This document shows positions 59,385-64,000 of a stretch of 64,000 nucleotides of DNA, in pieces. The stretch comes from Candidatus Woesebacteria bacterium GW2011_GWF1_31_35. Its GTDB lineage: Bacteria; Patescibacteriota; Microgenomatia; UBA8517. Within the stretch, counting starts at the first letter, position 1; the number at the start of each line of letters is the position of its first letter. The notes beneath the pieces are model-generated. The model was not told the origin of the DNA, made no database searches, and saw nothing but the letters and a program-made list of their open reading frames with translations. The position numbers and the translations under genes are program-made. The DNA lies in the NCBI GenBank assembly GCA_001029755.1, contig CP011214.1, positions 429,767 through 493,766 of the forward strand, given 5' to 3'.

Positions 59385-60764
59385 TTGTTTTATAATGCAA
59401 TGATGGCAGATTTACCAAGATTTGAAAAAGAATTTATAGCGGAAACCCCTAGACAAATAAATAACCGGTCATTGGAAAATCGTTTTGGGTTAAAAGCTAC
59501 AGAGCAAGGGATTTCCTCAGCAGAGGAAATCCTCCCTTTTTTGAGAATTCAAAACCAAGTTCTACCTTCGCCTGAAACTCCAGATAGAGGACGACATAGA
59601 TCGTCATGGTTTTTAAGCTATGCAAGATATGGTGAAAAAACACCACAACATTTTAGTTTAGAAGATAATTTTTCCTTACCCGTTACAAAAGAGCAAGAAA
59701 AAAAGATAAATGATGAGCTTATGGATGAATTGCGTTTGATTCCAGATGGAATAAAAAAGGCTGCCCAAATACCCCCCAGACTTAAAGATTTAAGTGAAAA
59801 GATTAAAGATTTAGATGGTTGGAATTTAGACACACTTTACAGTTTGGATACAATGGATGGCTGGCACACTTTTTGGATTAGTTTGGAGAAAAACGTTGGG
59901 GATTCGAGGATGTCAGTAACTTTAGATATAACTTATGGCTGTAGTTTGGATATAAAAATTCCAATAGAGAATTTTGATGAATCTGTGAAGGAAGTTAGGG
60001 CAGCGGCAAAAATAATGTCGAACTGGTTAGAGTTAAAATATCCCCCTAATTTGGAGTACGAATTTTCAATGAACCAAGGGCAGGTAGAAGATGATCCTTC
60101 TCGGACCTCATCTAGTTTTCCAGAATATTTCTTTAAAACTTTAGATTATTGGAAATCATTTTCTGGATCAAAACAGTTGAGAGGTTTAATTGGGCAATCA
60201 AATGATGACGCGAAACCTATTTTACTTTTAGAGAACCCAAGTTTAAGTGTTGCTTCAAATAGAATAGAATTAGATTGGATCTCGCACGGCGGAACAGTTT
60301 CGTATTCCGGCCTAATTGTTAACACTCATCCCGATGTCTACGAAACATTTAAGCGTGCAATTAGAGATAGAAGGGCGAATCAAAATTTAGTCGAAATTTT
60401 TCCGAATGAGGATTTTGATGATCGAAAGTGGTTACATATGTTTGTCAACATCGACCCAGAAAACGGAGCCACTTTAGTAGAAGATATAGCAAGTAATACA
60501 GGGAAAGAAGAGTTAAAAAAACTTTTAGGTTTAATTGAAGGACAATACGGAATTAGTTATGGTGGAGTAATCGATAAAAGCCAAGCAGAAAGAGAAGCTC
60601 GAAGACCGATGTTTATGCCAATAATTAATGAAAATGCAGCAGTTATTAAAGAGAAGTACGGATCTTCGACAGCTAGAAAATTTAGAGGTTATGCGATTTC
60701 TGCGTTAGTAGATGGAAGCAAACACGCTCAGGAAAAATATGAGTCATATCTAAAACTTATTTGA
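59385..60764 (+). CDS. Hypothetical cargo protein of the integrated element
   Basis: 459 aa. Codon composition is less AT-biased than host genes. No recognisable domain. Confidence 0.55.
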   Translation: MFYNAMMADLPRFEKEFIAETPRQINNRSLENRFGLKATEQGISSAEEILPFLRIQNQVLPSPETPDRGRHRSSWFLSYARYGEKTPQHFSLEDNFSLPVTKEQEKKINDELMDELRLIPDGIKKAAQIPPRLKDLSEKIKDLDGWNLDTLYSLDTMDGWHTFWISLEKNVGDSRMSVTLDITYGCSLDIKIPIENFDESVKEVRAAAKIMSNWLELKYPPNLEYEFSMNQGQVEDDPSRTSSSFPEYFFKTLDYWKSFSGSKQLRGLIGQSNDDAKPILLLENPSLSVASNRIELDWISHGGTVSYSGLIVNTHPDVYETFKRAIRDRRANQNLVEIFPNEDFDDRKWLHMFVNIDPENGATLVEDIASNTGKEELKKLLGLIEGQYGISYGGVIDKSQAEREARRPMFMPIINENAAVIKEKYGSSTARKFRGYAISALVDGSKHAQEKYESYLKLI

Positions 60765-60873
60765 CCTAGATATTTCTAGTTGAAAATAACACTTCACGGA
60801 CTAAATTAAGAATATAAGGCAAAAATTTTAGCGTTTTGTTGTGAACACAAAAGGAAAATTCGAGTCAGCGTTT

Positions 60874-60956
60874 GCGGAGGCGAGGCCAAAGGCCGAGCCG
60901 TAGCGAAGCGGTTAAGAAGTTAGAAATTGCGTACGAATTTTTCGGTATAGCTCTGC
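60874..60956. repeat. Inverted repeat A (83 bp), internal site left arm
   Basis: Partner of 58807-58889. Ends in the CTGC core at 60953-60956. Confidence 0.85.
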
Positions 60957-61028
60957 CCAAAAGGAAAGATGTGCGGCGCGAGCCGCCGAATTCGGAAGGT
61001 GGCGAGCGGAAAAGAGCGTATCGAAGCC
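60953..61028. repeat. Inverted repeat B (76 bp), internal site right arm
   Basis: Reverse complement is 74/76 identical to 62506-62581. Begins at the CTGC core. Confidence 0.85.
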
Positions 61029-61080
61029 TAAAAAGAAGACCAAAACGCTAAAATTTTAACTGAAAGAAATTTCTGTCCGT

Positions 61081-62673
61081 ATGACAAAATATATTTGCTA
61101 TTGCCGAAAGAGTACCGATGAAAAAGATAGACAAGTTTTATCTATTGATGGTCAGATGGCTGAATTAAAAGAGTTTGCACAAAGAGAAAAACTTCAAGTC
61201 ATCGATTTTATAACAGAAAGTAAAACCGCAAAGGAGCCGGGTCGGGAAAAGTTTGCCGAAGTATTAAAAAGAATTGAAAAAGGTGAAGCCAACGGGATTT
61301 TATCGTGGCACCCAGATCGTTTGGCTCGAAATAGTATTGACGGTGGCCAAGTTATTTATTTACTAGATACAGGCAAACTTTCTGACTTGAAGTTCCCAAC
61401 TTTTTGGTTTGACAACACTCCTCAAGGAAAGTTTATGCTCAATATTGCTTTTGGACAAAGTAAATATTATGTGGATAGTTTGAGCGAAAATGTTAAGCGT
61501 GGTATTCGAGAGAAGTTAAGGCGTGGAATTTGGCCAAAAGAAGCTCCTTTGGGTTATTTTAACGATCTAAAAACTAAATTGATCGAGGTTGACTCTAAAA
61601 AATCCAAAGTTGTTAAAAAGGCTTTTGAAAAGTTTTGTAATAGCAATATTTCTTTCTCCGAAATTGCTAGATTTATGTACGTAAATGATATCAAAACTAA
61701 AAAAGGTGATTGTTTAAAAGTTGATCAAGTTAAACATATGCTTAGAAATCCATTTTATATTGGCACATTTTTATATTCAGGTGAGTTATATAAAGGCTCT
61801 CACAAAACTTTTATTTCCAAAGCTCTTTTTAACAAAGTCCAAAAGCAAATGGAAAATTTCGCAAGACCAAGGAATAAAGGCCATAACTTTCGTTTTACAG
61901 GGTTTATTAAGTGTGCAGAATGTGGCTCAGCGATCACCGCAGAAACTCACCCTAGGTTTTACAAAAGAACAAATCGGAAAGTCGTGTTTAATTACTATCG
62001 TTGCACAAAAAGTTTGGGGTCATGTGGCCAGAAATATATAACAGATGTAGAACTTGAGAAGCAGATTAGAAATTTGGTACGTAAGACTTCCTTACCAGAA
62101 GAAGGTTATCGAATTTGGCAGAAGTTATTAGAAGAAGACAAAAAGAGTGAAGAGTTATCCGCTTCTCAAAGAAGCATTGAATTAGAATCAAAAATTTCAA
62201 ATCTGGAAGATCAGGAAAATACACTTTTGGACGGGTACTTACAACACATTGTTGAGCCAGAAATTTACAAGAAAAAGAAGAATGAAATTTTTGACAGAAA
62301 ACTAAAATTAAATGATGAAAAAAGCAAAAACGGCGAAAGTGGCGGCGGACGCCTCGAACCTTTTGCAAACTTCATAAAAACGGCGAAAGATGGGGAAGAA
62401 TTGGCGCGCGCAAAAAATAATTTGTCCGAACTTGCGGTTTGGACAAAAAACGCTGGATCGAACTTCTTTTTAGGAGATAAATTATTAAAGCTAACACTCA
62501 AAAAGGGCTTCGATACGCTCTTTTCCACTCGCCACCTTCCGAATTCGGCGGCTCGCGTCGCACATCTTTCCTTTTGGGCAGGGCTGGAGGGAATCGGACC
62601 CCCATTAGAAGATTTGGAGTCTCCCGGTCTACCATTGACCTACAGCCCTAAACAATTGTTAATTATACTTTAA
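61081..62673 (+). CDS. Large serine recombinase (phage-type serine integrase)
   Basis: 530 aa. N-terminal resolvase catalytic domain (YCRKSTDEK with nucleophile Ser; HPDRLARN). Recombinase domain. Zinc ribbon CAECGSA...CTKSLGSC. Coiled-coil region. The last ~40 codons read through repeat B' and may not be genuine. Confidence 0.88.
   Translation: MTKYICYCRKSTDEKDRQVLSIDGQMAELKEFAQREKLQVIDFITESKTAKEPGREKFAEVLKRIEKGEANGILSWHPDRLARNSIDGGQVIYLLDTGKLSDLKFPTFWFDNTPQGKFMLNIAFGQSKYYVDSLSENVKRGIREKLRRGIWPKEAPLGYFNDLKTKLIEVDSKKSKVVKKAFEKFCNSNISFSEIARFMYVNDIKTKKGDCLKVDQVKHMLRNPFYIGTFLYSGELYKGSHKTFISKALFNKVQKQMENFARPRNKGHNFRFTGFIKCAECGSAITAETHPRFYKRTNRKVVFNYYRCTKSLGSCGQKYITDVELEKQIRNLVRKTSLPEEGYRIWQKLLEEDKKSEELSASQRSIELESKISNLEDQENTLLDGYLQHIVEPEIYKKKKNEIFDRKLKLNDEKSKNGESGGGRLEPFANFIKTAKDGEELARAKNNLSELAVWTKNAGSNFFLGDKLLKLTLKKGFDTLFSTRHLPNSAARVAHLSFWAGLEGIGPPLEDLESPGLPLTYSPKQLLIIL
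62506..62581. repeat. Inverted repeat B' (76 bp), right junction arm
   Basis: Partner of 60953-61028. Ends in the GCAG core, which overlaps the tRNA-Trp 3' end. Confidence 0.85.
62579..62649 (-). tRNA. tRNA-Trp (anticodon CCA)
   Basis: Manual fold: acceptor AGGGCTG/CAGCCCT, D-arm GGTC-AATGGTA-GACC, anticodon stem GGAGA/TCTTC with loop CTCCAAA, T-arm GGGGG-TCCGATT-CCCTC, discriminator G. Confidence 0.8.
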
Positions 62674-62695
62674 AATAGGGGAATTTGGAAAAAAG

Positions 62696-62947
62696 TTACT
62701 TATGTATGTATTTAAAGGTAATTCTTGCTTTGGAGTTATTTATATGTTTTTCTAGGTTATGTTTTCCATGCTCACTTAGAGCTTTAAAATATAGATATTT
62801 TGAAGAACTTAAAGACCATTCACATTCTGAAATATTACATCCAAAACCTATTAATTTTAAATTTTCATTAGTAAGAGAACGATCTGAAAATCTAATAACA
62901 TCATTTTTCCTGGATTTATGATTTTCTTTCATAGCCTTCTCCTCCAA
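62696..62947 (-). CDS. Small hypothetical protein
   Basis: 83 aa. No domain recognised. Overlaps the next ORF by about 30 nt. Confidence 0.3.
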   Translation of the reverse strand: MEEKAMKENHKSRKNDVIRFSDRSLTNENLKLIGFGCNISECEWSLSSSKYLYFKALSEHGKHNLEKHINNSKARITFKYIHK

Positions 62948-63194
62948 TTAATCTACTTTGTTTTTCGCAAGGATCTCCATGAAATTTCCTTAATAAATCT
63001 ATTTTAAATTCTTTTCCATCTATATAAGTAGTTCCGTGATCTATATGACTTCTAACAATCATTCCTTCTCCATCTTTGTAATCATGTGTGACAATTGTTA
63101 TTCCTTTTTTTACTTCAACTTTTGGCATACCGCCCTGAATCTTTATATAATCTTCCTCGGTTGCTGATTTTATTTTAGGTCCTATTAAACTCAT
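62916..63194 (-). CDS. Small hypothetical protein
   Basis: 92 aa, hydrophilic. Confidence 0.35.
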   Translation of the reverse strand: MSLIGPKIKSATEEDYIKIQGGMPKVEVKKGITIVTHDYKDGEGMIVRSHIDHGTTYIDGKEFKIDLLRKFHGDPCEKQSRLIGGEGYERKS

Positions 63195-63260
63195 AGTATT
63201 TGTTTTATTGACTGGATCATTTTAATTCTTTATTACTAAGTAATCAATATTAGCAGTATT

Positions 63261-63485
63261 TTGATTTCAATGATACGTTTTGATATAATCATTTTTATGC
63301 AAGAATTTGGAAGAATATTAGAAGAATTTAAAAGAAGAGGAGGTGTTGTTTTGTCTAATAAACGAGATGTAAATAAAAAAGTTCTTTGTCCTTTAAATTT
63401 TAGTTGCAAGAAAGCAAATACGCCCAAATGTGATATGAATTGTTTAAATCCACAGGTGGAGAGAGCCAGAAGAACAGAAGATTAA
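63261..63485 (+). CDS. Small Cys-containing hypothetical protein
   Basis: 74 aa (CPLNFSCKK...CDMNC). Convergent with rpmG. Confidence 0.3.
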   Translation: MISMIRFDIIIFMQEFGRILEEFKRRGGVVLSNKRDVNKKVLCPLNFSCKKANTPKCDMNCLNPQVERARRTED

Positions 63486-63493
63486 GTTTTTAA

Positions 63494-63685
63494 TTATTTT
63501 AACTTTGAAGTTTCTTTGTGGAGAGTTACCTTTTTACATTTTTTACAGTATTTCTTAAGTTCAAGTTTTGAGCCTTTAGTTCCTTTTGTTTCCAGGTTAA
63601 CTTTATTTCTAAAAGTTACATAATTTTGAGCTTTACATATAGGACAAATTAATCCAATCATTTTATCTGCATTCTTTTTTGCCAT
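63494..63685 (-). CDS. rpmG: 50S ribosomal protein L33
   Basis: 63 aa. CPIC...C..C zinc-ribbon pattern. KKNADKMIGLICPICKAQNY…CKKCKKVTLHKE matches L33. Confidence 0.88.
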   Translation of the reverse strand: MAKKNADKMIGLICPICKAQNYVTFRNKVNLETKGTKGSKLELKKYCKKCKKVTLHKETSKLK

Positions 63686-63744
63686 GCGAGTATTTTAACA
63701 TGTATGTTTTGGATAGGGAATAGTTGATTTATATTTTAAACTTG

Positions 63745-63815
63745 AGCCTGGGGAGAGAATCGGACTCTCGTCGCGTCATTACCAATGACGTGCTCTACCA
63801 CTGAGCTATCCAGGC
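63745..63815 (-). tRNA. tRNA-Thr (anticodon GGU), noncanonical T-loop
   Basis: Manual fold: acceptor GCCTGGA/CCCAGGC (A7:C66 mismatch), D-arm GCTC-AGTGGTA-GAGC, anticodon stem CGTCA/TGACG with loop TTGGTAA, T-arm GAGAG-TCCGATT-CTCTC. Confidence 0.6.
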
Positions 63816-63837
63816 ATTTGGTACAATGGATTATATC

Positions 63838-64000
63838 ATGCTAGATAAGCTAATTTCTTCAATATTTGTGTTTTTATTATCTCTTGTTCCAACTTTTCCC
63901 AATCAACCCCTTAATGAATTAAAAAATAATCAAACGACTATTATTTTTGTGGGAGACATTATGCTTGGAAGAAGTGTAATGGGGAAAGCTATAGAAGTTG
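63838..64000 (+). CDS. CapA/PGA_cap-family metallophosphoesterase-like protein (5' partial, continues beyond the window)
   Basis: N-terminal signal anchor followed by TIIFVGDIMLGR, the hallmark N-terminal motif of CapA-family proteins. Confidence 0.55.
   Translation, partial: MLDKLISSIFVFLLSLVPTFPNQPLNELKNNQTTIIFVGDIMLGRSVMGKAIEV

Larger units (their letters stand above)
58807..62581. mobile_element. Integrated GC-rich element (~3.8 kb) carrying a large serine recombinase and one cargo ORF, inserted at the 3' end of tRNA-Trp, with GCAG/CTGC cores at both junctions and at an internal full site
   Basis: Sharp GC-content rise against the AT-rich flanks. The large serine recombinase CDS lies inside. 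Junction cores GCAG sit at 58807-58810 and 62578-62581. A full composite site lies at 60874-61028, and its two arms are repeated, inverted, at the two junctions. The right junction overlaps the last nucleotides of tRNA-Trp. Confidence 0.6.

Noticed and set aside
62066-62528. Two antisense ORFs (62066-62368, 62265-62528) inside the serine recombinase gene
   Set aside because: They are embedded in a well-supported CDS and have His/Phe/Cys-rich odd composition.
62586-62673. Last ~30-40 codons of the recombinase ORF as genuine C-terminus
   Set aside because: This stretch reads through inverted repeat B' and into the tRNA-Trp gene on the opposite strand. The true C-terminus probably lies earlier, or the tail is fortuitous read-through. 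The CDS is kept as given but flagged.
1-64000. CRISPR arrays, rRNA genes, UGA recoding
   Set aside because: No direct-repeat/spacer periodicity and no rRNA-like conserved blocks were seen. TGA functions as a stop (the rplA stop overlaps the next start), so there is no evidence for code 25.

Overview
This 64 kb window is AT-rich (roughly 30% GC) and gene-dense, with typical bacterial operon structure. TGA is used as a stop codon (the rplA stop overlaps the next start as ATGA), so the standard code 11 applies rather than a UGA-recoding code. The gene content suggests a small-genome Candidate Phyla Radiation (Patescibacteria)-like bacterium: ribosomal proteins with N-terminal extensions, many membrane GT-C-like proteins with TPR tails, and a dense glycosylation island. 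This attribution is an inference.

Landmarks, left to right:
- tRNA-Pro and tRNA-Arg, then mreB divergent from a PEGA/beta-propeller protein.
- A lipid-carrier module: WecG/TagA, a polyprenyl synthase, a uppS fusion and a GT-C/TPR enzyme.
- Two small HTH regulators.
- A giant 1396-aa fusion protein ending in a PEP-CTERM-like sorting signal, immediately followed by a miniature exosortase-like gene.
- A spermidine-synthase-like membrane/TPR protein.
- A ~21 kb envelope-glycan island (20040-41529): four GT4, two GT2, five SAM methyltransferases, a sugar C-methyltransferase, a cytidylyltransferase, two paralogous ~1000-aa membrane proteins, a Cache sensor and an ABC exporter.
- An AbiEi/AbiEii pair.
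- A 7TM protein plus three RimK-type ATP-grasp enzymes (one fused to a retropepsin-like domain) and a methyltransferase.
- The rplL-rplJ-rplA-rplK, nusG-secE-rpsU and rpmG region, interrupted by inserted genes (CARDB protein, O-antigen-ligase-like, Tat-signal protein, gmd).
- A 3.8 kb GC-rich integrated element with a large serine recombinase inserted at the 3' end of tRNA-Trp. It has long near-identical inverted repeats sharing a GCAG core.

No CRISPR array and no rRNA genes were found.
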